Positions 43,738 through 55,069 of a stretch of 64,000 nucleotides of DNA are shown piece after piece. The notes under the pieces are model-generated. The model was not told the origin of the DNA and did not search any database. It was given only the letters and a program-made list of their open reading frames with translations. The stretch covers positions 4,900,001 to 4,964,000 of the forward strand of contig CM075997.1 of assembly GCA_038087875.1 (NCBI GenBank), written 5' to 3'. Each line of letters opens with the position of its first letter. Position 1 is the stretch's first letter. The position numbers were made by a program, and so were the translations under genes. This DNA comes from Malacoraja senta. Taxonomy: Eukaryota.

Positions 43738-44277
43738 AGGGCCTGTCCCACTTGGGCGACCTAATCCACGAGTTCTGGCGAGTTTGCCCTCGACTCATAC
43801 TCGCAGCCTGGTCGACACGAGGTCCTAGGAGGTCTTTGTAACTCTCCTTCATGCTCGAGAGTAGTCCCCACGTACTCAAGGCCTCAGCTAGGTCGTAGTG
43901 TATTTTACAATATGTTGAAAAATGCCCGCGAGTAAAAAATGGTCGCCATGGAAAAAATCAATACTTTTTTTACTCGTAGGTTTAGTCGAAGTAGGTCGTA
44001 GTAGGTCAGCATGTTAGTCGTAGGTAATCGAGGGTAGTCGAAGGTAGTCGTAGATAGTCGTAGATAGTCTTCATCATAGTCGAAGGGAGGTCGAATGGAG
44101 ATCGAAGGAGGTCGTCTTCACTCTGCACTATTCGGTGTCCAATTTTGCCGAAGTTAGTCGTAGCTAGTTGAAGCTAGTCTTCAACATAGTCGAAGGAGGT
44201 CTTCAACATGACATTTTTCAAACTCTCCTAAACTCTTCTAAACTCGCCAATTAGGTCGCCCAAGTGGGACAGCCCCT
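43738..44277. mobile_element. PIF/Harbinger-type MITE (same family as 21760)
   Basis: TTA|AGGGCCTGTCCCACTTGGGCGACCTAAT ... ATTAGGTCGCCCAAGTGGGACAGCCCCT. Confidence 0.9.
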
Positions 44278-44344
44278 CTTGTTTTAGTTTTCTAGTTTTA
44301 GAGAAACCCACCGCGTTGACCAGCGATCACTTCCTGTAGATCAA

Positions 44345-44738
44345 ATGTTTAAGAAAGAACTGCAGTTGCTGGAAATATCGAAGGTAGACAAAAATGCTGG
44401 AGAAACTCAGCTGGTGAGGCAGCATCTATGGAGCGAAGGAATAGGTGACGTTTTGGGTCGAGTCCCTTCTTCAGACTGATGTGGGAGTGGCATCTATGGT
44501 CTATGGAGCGAAGGAATAGGTGACGTTTCGGGTCAAGACACTTCTTCAGACTGATATGGGGGAGGGGGGGGCAGGAAGAATAAAGGGAGGCGGAGACAGT
44601 GGGCTGTGCCTCTCGTTTCCCTCTACTACTGTCTCCGCCTCTTCCTTTCTTCTTCCCGCCCCCCACCCCCACATCAGTCTGAAGAAGGGTCTCGACCCAA
44701 AACGTCGCCTATTCCTTCGCTCCGTGGACGCTAGATGC
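44345..44738. mobile_element. Penelope-like subfamily B tandem-plus-inverted insertion with three hammerhead motifs
   Basis: 17-bp TSD CACTTCCTGTAGATCAA; motifs near 44446 (-), 44521 (-) and 44679 (+). Confidence 0.88.
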
Positions 44739-45096
44739 CACTTCCTGTAGATCAATCACTATTGCTGATTTGATCCATGTATAATTTTGCTATTTAGGAC
44801 CCGATTTGCTATTTAGGACCCGATACATTAGCATTATCCCACACATATTTTACAACCTTTACCAAAGCCAATTAGCCAGTGCAGAGTGGAGAGCCAGTGA
44901 GATCGCACCTATGTTCTACATCTGGAGATATGGCACAAACACACACTTCTGGGATGACTCCATGTTGATCAGCATGATCGCGTTGGGCTGGTGCATTATT
45001 CTGTGCTGTGAATATTCATGAATCTACAAATCCCATTAAAAATCTCCTGTTGATCCAATCTCAAAGAGAGAAGTTGAAAGATTAGCGCACAGAGTA

Positions 45097-45957
45097 TGGA
45101 GTTTGTACGTTCTTCCCATGACCTCGTGGGTTTTCTCCAAGATCTTTGGTTTCCTTCCACTCTCCAAAGACGTACAGGTTTGTAGTTTAATTGGCTTGGT
45201 GTAAATGTGAAATTGTCCCTAGTGTGTATAAGGGTGGTGTTCTTCTTCTTCTTCTTGTGTATGGCATGCACAGCCTAAAGTTGGGGACAACTTGTTCTAT
45301 TTAATCTTATTTGATTGTGCGCGCCGGGTTGATTGCATTGCTTGAAACAGGACGGACCACGTGAAGGTTGCAATCTGTCCCACGGGCATGCGACTCCATG
45401 CGGCAAGCGCGGTCTAACCGCTAGCGGGGGCTGCGCGGAGGTCGAGTGATCCCCGTACAGGGCCGGTCCCACCAGCATACGGCTGCATGCGGCAAGCGCT
45501 ACCAAATCGGAAGCGGGGGCCGCGCGGAGGTAGAGTGATGTCAAGATGGTGCGTACGGCGGCAAGGCGGTGCGCACGGCCTCGATGCGGCTGCGTCTGGC
45601 GGCAAGGCGGTGCGCACGGCCTCGATGCGGCTGCGGCTGGCGTTGAGGCGGTGCGCACGGCCTCGATGCAGCTGCGGGGCAGCAGGCTGTTGCCGCACGG
45701 AATTTTTGAACAGTGTCAGTTTGTCGGGACCAGCTCCGCACAACTCCATGCGGCTCCCGCGATCGAAGTGGGACCGTCCCCGTGACCTACGCGCGGCCCC
45801 CACACGGCACCCGCTTGCGGTTAGGTCGCGCTTGCCGCATGGAGTCGCATGCCCGTGGGTCAGGCCCTTAAGGGTAGTGTTAATGTGCGGGGATCGCTGG
45901 TCGGCGCGTAGTCGGTGGGCCGAATGTCCCATTTCCGCGCTGTATCTCCAAACTAAG
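45097..45957 (+). mobile_element. HE1-type SINE (3' part) split by a composite insertion
   Basis: SINE body 45097-45240 resumes at 45869. Confidence 0.8.
45375..45868. mobile_element. GC-rich PIF/Harbinger-type MITE with internal tandem repeats
   Basis: CTGTCCCACGGGCATGCGACTCCATGCGGCAAGCGCG / CGCGCTTGCCGCATGGAGTCGCATGCCCGTGGGTCAGGCCCT|TAA; GCGGTGCGCACGGCCTCGATGC x3. Confidence 0.85.
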
Positions 45958-46094
45958 CTGGACCAAGAAAGTGGAAGAGTGTTTGGTGGATCAAGGAAAA
46001 CATCACGACTCACAACACATCCTCTGAAGGAAAGGGGCTTCAGATTGCATGATGATGGTCGAGTGCTGAAATCATCAGGAAGGTCGGGAGGGGA

Positions 46095-46300
46095 GTCACG
46101 GTGGCGCAGCGGTAGAGTTGCTGCCTCACAGCAAAATGCAGCGCCAGAGACCCGGGTTCGATCCCGACTACGGGTGCTGTCTGTACGGAGTTTGTACCTT
46201 CTCCCCGTGACTGCATGGGTTTTCTCCGAGATCTTCGGTTTCCTCCCACGCTCCAAAGACGTGCAGGTTTGTAGGTTAATTGGCTTGGTGAAATGTTAAA
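46095..46300 (+). mobile_element. HE1-type SINE (long-head variant, 3'-truncated)
   Basis: Head and core. Confidence 0.85.
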
Positions 46301-46922
46301 AAAAATTGTCTGCTCTAACTAGAGCTCTTCAGCGTACTTCATCTAGATCTCGATCTAGACAATGGCGTACGAGAGCGGATACCGAGGGAGGGATACACGT
46401 CTCCGACTATTACCCTGTGAGAATCGGTGAGAGAAACTGTTTGATCTCGAGTGCGAGATTCCCTGGGGAATATCCGGCGGAATTGTGGGCATGATTAACC
46501 AGGCCCCAGCGATCCCGACGGTCGTCGAGGGAAGGGACGGCTGCGGAGATTGGGAAAGAGACACTTTTATTGAGTCCAGAGATGGCTGCCTCGTCAACAT
46601 CTGCTGAATATCCAACAGCAGCATGAGCAACCCTGATACAGATACCAGGATCAAAGTGAATTTGAAACCCAATTAATCAATTAAACGTTGTAGAAACTGG
46701 TTTCATTTTATCCATGCTTTAAAGAGGGAAGCAGTACTGTAAATGTAAATAAATGTGACAACACTCATGACATTTTTAATCCTCCGACGCACGTGTGAAG
46801 TCAAAGAAAAACTTCAATTAAATCTCAATTAAACCCTCTTTATAAGGTTCAGAGTTTCCTGGATATTGTTCTGTGAAGTCTGTGTGCTGCTTCACAGCAA
46901 GCCCACAAGGGTATTTATATTA

Positions 46923-47103
46923 AAGAGGGACTGCAGATGCTGGAAAATCGAAAGTAGACAAAAATGCTGGAGGAACTCAGCGGGTGAGGCAGCATCTATG
47001 GAGCGAAGACTGAAGAAGTGTTTCGGCCCGAAACGTTGCCTATTTCCTACGCTCCATAGATGCTGCCTCACCCGCTGAGTTTCTCCAGCATTTTTGTCTA
47101 CCC
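46923..47103. mobile_element. Penelope-like subfamily B fold-back insertion
   Basis: 15-bp TSD AGGGTATTTATATTA; arms meet at the CTGAAGA motif. Confidence 0.88.
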
Positions 47104-47149
47104 AGGGTATTTATATTACACTGAATTAGGCTTCCCCACTACAGAACAT

Positions 47150-47425
47150 GGGCAGCGGTAGAGTTGCTGCCTCACAGCGCCAGAGACCCAGGTTCAATCC
47201 TGATTACGGGTGCTGTCTGTATGGAGTTTGTACGTTCTCCCCGTGACCAGTGTGGGTTTTCTCTGGGTGCACCAGTTTCCCCCCACACTCCAAGGACGTA
47301 CAGGTTTGTAGGTTAATTTGTATAAATGTAAATTGTCCGTAGTGTGTGATAGGTAGAGCGATCAATGGTCAGTGTGGACTCGGTGGGCCGAATGGCCTGT
47401 TTCTGTGCTGTATCTCTAAACTACA
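47150..47425 (+). mobile_element. HE1-type SINE
   Basis: B box, core, tail. Confidence 0.85.
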
Positions 47426-48056
47426 CAAAACTACATCACCTGTCCATGTTCTCCGGAGATGTTTTGGATCGGGTAGGCAGTTCCAGGCATCTACCCGATC
47501 CATTCTCCAGAGATCTTGACCCTCTTAGATACTCCAGCGTTTGTGTCTATTTTTATGACCAAGTTAAAACTCATATGACCTTCATAAAATATTGGTTCAG
47601 CAAGAACTGAAGCATTCCCAGAACAGGAAGCAACGACACAGCAGGGATTAATTCCTGGGAAGAGGAATCTGGAGTAGTGCATGGAGTTGTGGTCACCCCA
47701 TCAGAGGAAGGATGTGGAGGCTTTGGAATAGGATACAGAAGTGGTTCACCAGAATGCTGCCCAGAATAGAGGATAATACCTCTGGAACCAAGGGTGGTGG
47801 ACCTGTATATAGAATTGTGAGAGGCATAGATGGGGCAGACAGTTAGAACATTTCCCTCAGTAACTCTGTCGGCGTCCTATACGTGGTGACCCTTTTGGCA
47901 CGACACCCTTCCTCAGACCCGCTGAGTTACTCCAGCTTTTTGTGTCTTTCTTTGGTTTAAACCAGCATCTGCAGTTCCATCCTACACATAGACTCTTTCC
48001 ATACTTTGTGAATCGTATGTAAAATAAGAATTTCCCTGTGACTTGCGATAATAAAG

Positions 48057-48700
<644 letters not shown>

Positions 48701-48941
48701 TTGTTCCATACACCCATCACCCATTGTGTGAAAAAGTTACCCCTCAGATTCCTATTAAATCTTTTCCCCTTCACCTTAAACCCATATCCTCTGGTCCTCG
48801 ATTCCCCTACTCTGGGCAAGAGACTGTGTATTTACCCAATCCATACCTCTCATGAGGAACAGATCACGAGGCTGCTTTTCGACAGCAGATCCTTCCATCC
48901 ATACACCAGGACTTACTGACATTGCCTTTTTTCAGGACAAA

Positions 48942-49222
48942 TGTAGAGTTGCTGGCTTAGAGCACCAGAGACCCGGGTTCAATCCCGACCTCGGGTGCTG
49001 TCTGTACGGCGTTTGTACCTTCTCCCCGTGATCTGTGTGGGTTTTCTCCGGGTTCTCCAGTTTCCTCCGACACTCCAAAGACGTACAGGTTTGTAGAAGA
49101 ACTGTCTTCCATAAATTGTCCCTAATGTGTAGGATAGTATCAGTTTGTGAGGTGATCACCGGTCGGCATGGACTTGGTGGGCTAAAGGGCCTGTTTCTGC
49201 CCTGTATCTGTAAACTAAACTA
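48942..49222 (+). mobile_element. HE1-type SINE
   Basis: B box, core, tail. Confidence 0.85.
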
Positions 49223-49327
49223 ATCTACTTCAATCAATGTGCATTTGGTGCAACCTCTGTGCCCTTGAGCTTTCTACAGTAAATAGTTGTTCATGATGAT
49301 AGTCATACAGCGTGGAAACAAGATCTT

Positions 49328-49760
49328 TAGACGAGGACTCGAGGGCCTGAGCTACAGGATGAGGTTGAGCAGGCTGGGACACCATTCCCTGGAGCGCAGG
49401 AGGATGAGGGCTGATCTTATAGAGGTGCATAAAATCACGAGAGGAATAGATCGGGTGGATGCCCAGAGTGGGGGAATCGAGGACCAGAGGACATAGGTTC
49501 AAGGTGGAGGGGAAATGATTTAATAGGAATCTGAGGGGTAACATTTTCACACAAAGGGTGGTGGGTGTATGGAACAAGCTGCCAGAGGAGGTAGTTGAGG
49601 CAGGGACTATCCCAATGTTTAAGAAACAGTTAGACAGGTACATGGATAGGACAGGTTTGGAGGGATATGGACCAAACGCAGGCAGGTGGGCCATGTTGGC
49701 CAGTTTGGGCAAGTTGGGCCAAAGGGCCTGTTTCCACACTATCACTATCACTCAATGACT
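49328..49760 (+). mobile_element. HER1-like CR1 3' part
   Basis: GLEGLSYRMRLSRLGHHSLERRRMRADLIEVHKI..VGVWNKLPEEVVEAG. Confidence 0.85.
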
Positions 49761-49861
49761 CTTTGATCAACGCCCACACACCAACCAACATGTCCCGTCT
49801 ACACTAGTTCCACCTGCCTGCGTTTGGCCCATATCGCTGCAAACCTGCCCTATCCACGTAC

Positions 49862-50845
49862 CACGTATAATGATCTGGATGAGGGAATTGAATGCAACAT
49901 CTCTAAGTTTGCGGATGACACAAAGCTGGGGGACAGTGTTAGCTGTGAGGAGGATGCTAGGAGGCTGCAAGGTGACTTGGATAGGTTGGATGAGTGGTCA
50001 AATGCATGGCAGATGCAGTATAATGTGGATAAATGTGAGATTATCCACTTTGGTGGCAAAAACAGGAAAGTAGACTATTATCTGAATGGTGTCCGATTAG
50101 GAAAAGGGGAGATGCAACGAGATCTGGGTGTCATGGTACACCAGTCATTGAAAGTAGGCATGCAAGTGCAGCAGGCAGTGAAGAAAGCGAATGGTATGTT
50201 AGCATTCATAGCAAAAGGATTTGAGTATAAGAGCAGGGAGGTTCTATTGCAGTTGTACAGGGTCTTGGTGAGGCCACACCTGGAGTATTGCGTACAGTTT
50301 TGGTCACCAAATCTGAGGAAAGACATTCTTGCCATAGAGGGAGTACAGAGAAGGTTCACCAGACTGATTCCTGGGATGGCAGGACTTTCATATGAAGAAA
50401 GACTGGATAGACTCGGCTTGTACTCGCTAGAAGTTAGAAGATTGAGGGGGGATCTTATAGAAACTTACAAGATTCTTAAGGGGTTGGACAGGCTAGATGC
50501 AGGAAGATTGTTCCCGATGTTGGGGAAGTCCAGAACAAGGGGTCACAGTTTAAGGATAAGGGGGAAGTCTTTTCGGACCGAGATGAGAAAATCATTTTTC
50601 ACACAGAGAGTGGTGAATCTGTGGAATTCTCTGCCACAGAAGGTAGTTGAGGCCAGTTCATTGGCTATATTTAAGAGGGAGTTAGATGTGGCTCTTGTGG
50701 CTAAAGGGATCAGGGGGTATGGAGAGAAGGCAGGTACAGGATACTGAGTTGGATGATCAGCCATGATCATATTGAATGGCGGTGCAGGCTCGAAGGGCCG
50801 AAAGGCCTACTCCTGCACCTATTTTCCATGTTTCTATGTTTCTAT
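49862..50845 (+). mobile_element. CR1 LINE, longest copy: reverse transcriptase C-terminal half to 3' tail
   Basis: Open ORF NDLDEGIECNISKFADDTKLG..LQGDLDRL..WQMQYNVDKC..RDLGV..LVRPHLEYCVQFWSP..WNSLP, stop at 50747; (TTTCTATG)n. Confidence 0.95.
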
Positions 50846-51221
50846 CCAAATGTATTTAAACGTTGCAATAGTCCCTGCCTCAGCTACCTCCTCCAGCTGT
50901 TCTTTTCCACACACATGTGGCAAATCTCCCCCAGGATAACCTCCTACTAAAAATTCTGAGAGCTTTGTTTAAGACTCTCTAGTTATTAGAAGTCCCATAT
51001 AAAACATTGTCTGCAACATTTGCCTATAATATTCACTGATAGAACACAAATCGGTTATGGCTCTCCTGCTGATAAAAGACCATAACACCAGTCAGCCCAA
51101 TCTCATATGAAGGGAGACGGGACTTGGGGCTGTGAATTATCCTACGGTGAAATCACCGCCTGATCACATTCTGTATGCAATGTTAAATGTAGATGCTAAA
51201 ATAGATTTTTTTCAATTAAAG

Positions 51222-51770
51222 TCAATCTTGAGGAAGGACATTCTTGCTATTGAGGGAGTGCAGCGTAGGTTTACAAGGTTAATTCCCAGGATGGCGGGAC
51301 TGTCATATGCTGAGGGAATAGAGCGGCTGGGCTTGTACACTCTGGAGTTTTGAAGGATGAGAGGGGATCTTATTGAAACATATAAGATTGTTAAGGGTTT
51401 GGACATGCTAGAGGCAGGAAACATGTTCCCGATGTTGGGGGAGTCCAGAACCAGGGGCCACACAGTTTAAGAATAAGGGGTAAGCCATTTAGAATGGAGA
51501 CGAGGAAACACTTTTTCTCACAGAGAGTGGTGAGTCTGTGGAATTCTCTGCCTCAGAGGGCGGTGGGGGCCGGTTCTCTGGATACTTTCAAGAGAGAGCT
51601 AGATAGGGCTCTTAAAGATAGCGGAGTCAGGGGATATGGTGAGAAGGCAGGAACGGGGTACTGATAGGGGATGATCAGCCATGATCACATTGAATGGCGG
51701 TGCTGGCTCGAAGGGCCGAATGGCCTACTCCTGCACCTATTGTCTATTGTCTATTGTCTATTGTCTATTG
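51222..51770 (+). mobile_element. CR1 LINE 3' part
   Basis: LRKDILAIEGVQRRFTRLIPRMAG; (CTATTGT)n tail. Confidence 0.92.
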
Positions 51771-52036
51771 TGTAAGGATGAAGTCAGGCTATCAACTGTC
51801 CTGTTTAGGATCATTCATCGTCGCTTTGTATGTTACCCTTCGGTGATATTTGAGCTAGAGTTTAATATAGGGCAGAATTCTCGTTACCAAAGTGATCATG
51901 TCTTGCTTGCTCTGTGAATGAGTGGAATTTCAAACCGGGAAACGCTGCAAACATTTTTCATACAATGCTTCAAGAGGTTTGGAATTCCAACTTCTGTCAC
52001 CCAAGCACCTCTGGAAAATATTTCATTGAGATATTC

Positions 52037-52325
52037 GGTGATGCAGCGGTAGATTTGCTGCCTTACAGCGCCGGAGACCCCGGTTCGATCCCAACCATGG
52101 GTACTGTCTGAACGTTCTCCCCGTGACCGCGTGGGTTTTCTCCGAGATCTTTGGAATCCTCCCACACTCCAAAAACGTGCAGGCTTGTAGGTTAATTGGC
52201 TTGGTGTAAATGTAAAATTGTCCCTAGTGTGTGTAGGATAGTGTTAATGTGCAGGGATCGCTGGTCGGTACGGACTCGGTGGGCCGAAGGGCCTGTTTCT
52301 GCGCTGTATCTCTAAACTAAACTAA
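52037..52325 (+). mobile_element. HE1-type SINE
   Basis: Head, core, tail. Confidence 0.88.
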
Positions 52326-52504
52326 AATAAAATAAATGTGAGAGGAAATTTTTCTCAAAAAGTTACGTTGTGTGAATATTTTTAAAAACTGCATGAAAAG
52401 GAATGTGTTAAAATTGTTGAAATTAAAACGTTGGAGAGCTCACTCTAGTAATCAGAGTGTTTGAATTCCACCAGGGCAATTTCTGAAAAGTCTGTGGCCA
52501 AGAA

Positions 52505-53630
52505 GGCACACCAAAGAAGGCACACCAAAGCCTCCACTTTCTGAGGAATGCCAAGGAACTACAGCATGTCGCCAATAACTCTCTCCAACTTCTACAGATG
52601 CACCAGGGAAAGGATTTTATCGGAATGCACGGCATCATCGTTTCTGATCAGCTCCATCCAAGACCACAAGAAATCGCAGAGAATTGTGGACACAACCCAG
52701 ACATAGAAACAGAGAGACATAGAAAATAGGTGCCGGTGTAGGCCATTCGGCCCTTCGAGCCAGCACCGCCATTCAATATGATCATGGCTGATCATCCACA
52801 ATCAGTACCCCGTTCCTGCTTTCTCCCCACATCCCTTGATTCCGTTAGCCCCAGGAGTTATATCTTACGGGCCTGTCCCACTGTACGAGGTAATTCAAGA
52901 GCTCTCCCGAGTTTTAAAAAATCAAACTTGTGGTAAGTACGTAGAATGTACCTAGCGGCTACGTCGGAGCTCGGGGATGGCCCGTAGCGGCTTGTAACGC
53001 TAACAGCAGGTACTCGCGGAAACGCGGTAACTCGTGAAGTTTTTTCAGCACTGTGAAAAATGTCCACGAGAGCCCCGAGTACCTACGAACGTCTATTACC
53101 GTAATTCTCCGAGTTCAATTCAAGGGAAACTCGGGAGAACTCTTGGATTAACTCTCTCTTGAAAAAACATCCAGTAGGAATAGACCATCACACAAACCAA
53201 CCTCCCTTCTATTGACTCCATCGACACCTCACGCTGCCTCGGCAAGGCCAGCAGCATAATCAAGGACTAGTCTCTCCCCGGTCCTCTTCTCCCCTTTCCA
53301 TCAGGCAAGAGGTACAGAAGTGTGGAAACGCACACCTCCAGATTCAGAGGCAGTTTCTTCCCAGCTGTTATCAGGCAACTGAACCATCCTACCAACAACT
53401 AGAGACCTCCCATCTACCTCATTGGAGACCTTTGAACTATTTCTAAACGGACATTACTGGACTTTACCTTGCAGTAAACGTCATACGCTTTATCCTTCAT
53501 CGCTACATGAGGGACGGCATGATTGTAATCATGTAGAGAATTGTTGCTGACTGGACAGCACGCCACTAAAATTCTTGGCACATACCTAGGTACACATTAC
53601 AATGACAAGTGAAACTAAACTATAAATTAA
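52505..53630 (+). mobile_element. Rex1/Babar LINE 3' part, interrupted by a CR1 end (about 52700-53175) that itself holds a Harbinger MITE (52868-53150)
   Basis: LHFLR..LSNFYRCT..QDHKK-QRIVDT-Q continues at 53183 as TITQTNLPSIDSI..RYRSV..SFFPAVIRQLN. Confidence 0.8.
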
Positions 53631-53989
53631 ACTATACCTGAGAAGTCACGGGGCAGGATATCTGCTGGGTTGTTATAGAGGCCAAATAGTTCACTAACGC
53701 CCTTCATGGAAAGTGGTTGGATACCCATCCAGGTCTAGTCCATATATGACACGCATACAGTTCACTGATGTGTCACATATACAACCGCACAGTGAGGTTC
53801 TGTTTGCATTGATCACACATATGGGCGCCACCATTTTTGCCGCCTTTATTCAAAGTCCAAAGTCCGGTCGGCCCGCGCGCTCGATGTACTGGAGCAGTTC
53901 CCGAGAAACCGATATTCCTCTCCTCCCCTCTCCTCATCCCTCTCCTCACCCCTCTCCTCCCCTCTACTCATCGGATGATACCCCGGTAA

Positions 53990-54390
53990 CCGGCTGGCGT
54001 ACCCAGGTGCTCCCTGTAGAGGTTGGTTGTAGAGGGTTTGTAGCCATTGTCAACAACCAGACTCCTGAAGGGAGTGGGAGTTGGAGGACAGGCCCTCCGG
54101 CAAGCCGTCAGGTCGCTGCCAGAGGCTGCCGAGTGAAGCAGCAACTGGCTCTGGCTATTGAGGAAGGACTCCAACTGTGCTGCAAAATGACCAGCAAGAG
54201 GGGTCAAATGGAAGGGAGCGCAGCTGGGACGCCAGGTGTTGCTGTTGAGTCCTCTGGAGGTGTCGTGGGTCTATCAACGAAACACCAATGAAGGAGGGTG
54301 CCCACCTGATGACCCCAATGAATTTTTTACCCCAACCCCCAATCAAGTTAGTAAGAAGGTGCCAATTATAGTTGGGATTGTAATATCAAG
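53990..54390 (+). mobile_element. HERO-like non-LTR retrotransposon (restriction-like endonuclease type) 3' end
   Basis: GWRTQVLPVEVGCRGFVA then, after a frameshift, STTRLLKGVGVGGQALRQAVRSLPEAAE*SSNWLWLLRK; the PVEVGCRGF...EAAE..S.WLW C-terminus is typical of HERO-clade elements. Confidence 0.8.
54225..54317 (+). ncRNA. Putative non-circularly permuted hammerhead ribozyme
   Basis: GTC 54262-54264, GAAA 54279-54282 and CTGATGA 54306-54312, with stems I, II and III all pairing in correct register. Confidence 0.7.
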
Positions 54391-54739
54391 TCCTATAAGC
54401 CCAACTTACCCGGCCATCTTTGTGTCCCGAGGGGCGCCTCCTGCAACTGGAGGCATCACCCCGGCTCACTCTCCTCCCCACCGGCACTTGCTCCTCGCAT
54501 CCCGACATCTCCAGCCCCCTCATAGAGCATACAATAGTACAGCAGAACACAGCAACAGGCCATTCAGCCCACAATGCCTGCACTCAATATGATGTGTAGC
54601 AAGGGAACTGCAGATGCTGGTTTACACCAAAGATAGACACAAAATGCTGGGGTAACTCAGCGGGACAGGCTGCATCTCTGGATGCTTGTCCTGTTCAAGA
54701 GCCTGAAGGTTGTTGAGAAGAAGCTGTTCTTGAACCTGA

Positions 54740-55030
54740 GGTGGCACAGCGGTAGAGTTGCTGCCTCGCAGCACCAGAGACACGGGTTCGATCCTGACTA
54801 CGGGTGCTGTCTGTACAGAGTTTGTACGTTCTCCCCGTGACCTGTGTGGGTTTTCTCCGGGTGCTCTGGTTTCCTCCCACACGACAAAGACGTACAGGTT
54901 TGTAGGTTAATTGGCTTGGGTGTAAATGTAACATTGTCCCCAGTGTGTGTAGGATAGTGTTAGTGTGCGGGGATCGCTGGTCGGTGCGGACTCAGTGGGT
55001 CGAAGGGCTCTCTAAACTAAACTAAACTAA
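54740..55030 (+). mobile_element. HE1-type SINE
   Basis: A/B boxes, core, tail. Confidence 0.9.
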
Positions 55031-55069
55031 GAGACTGATGGTTATTGTTCTACAGTTGTTGAAGAAGTT

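Noticed and set aside
45275..46299. 270-280-aa GC-rich ORFs on both strands
   Set aside because: They span a GC-rich MITE and SINE fragments; the high GC content suppresses stop codons.
49824..50747. Functional host reverse-transcriptase gene
   Set aside because: 5'-truncated CR1 copy lacking the endonuclease and the N-terminal half of the reverse transcriptase.
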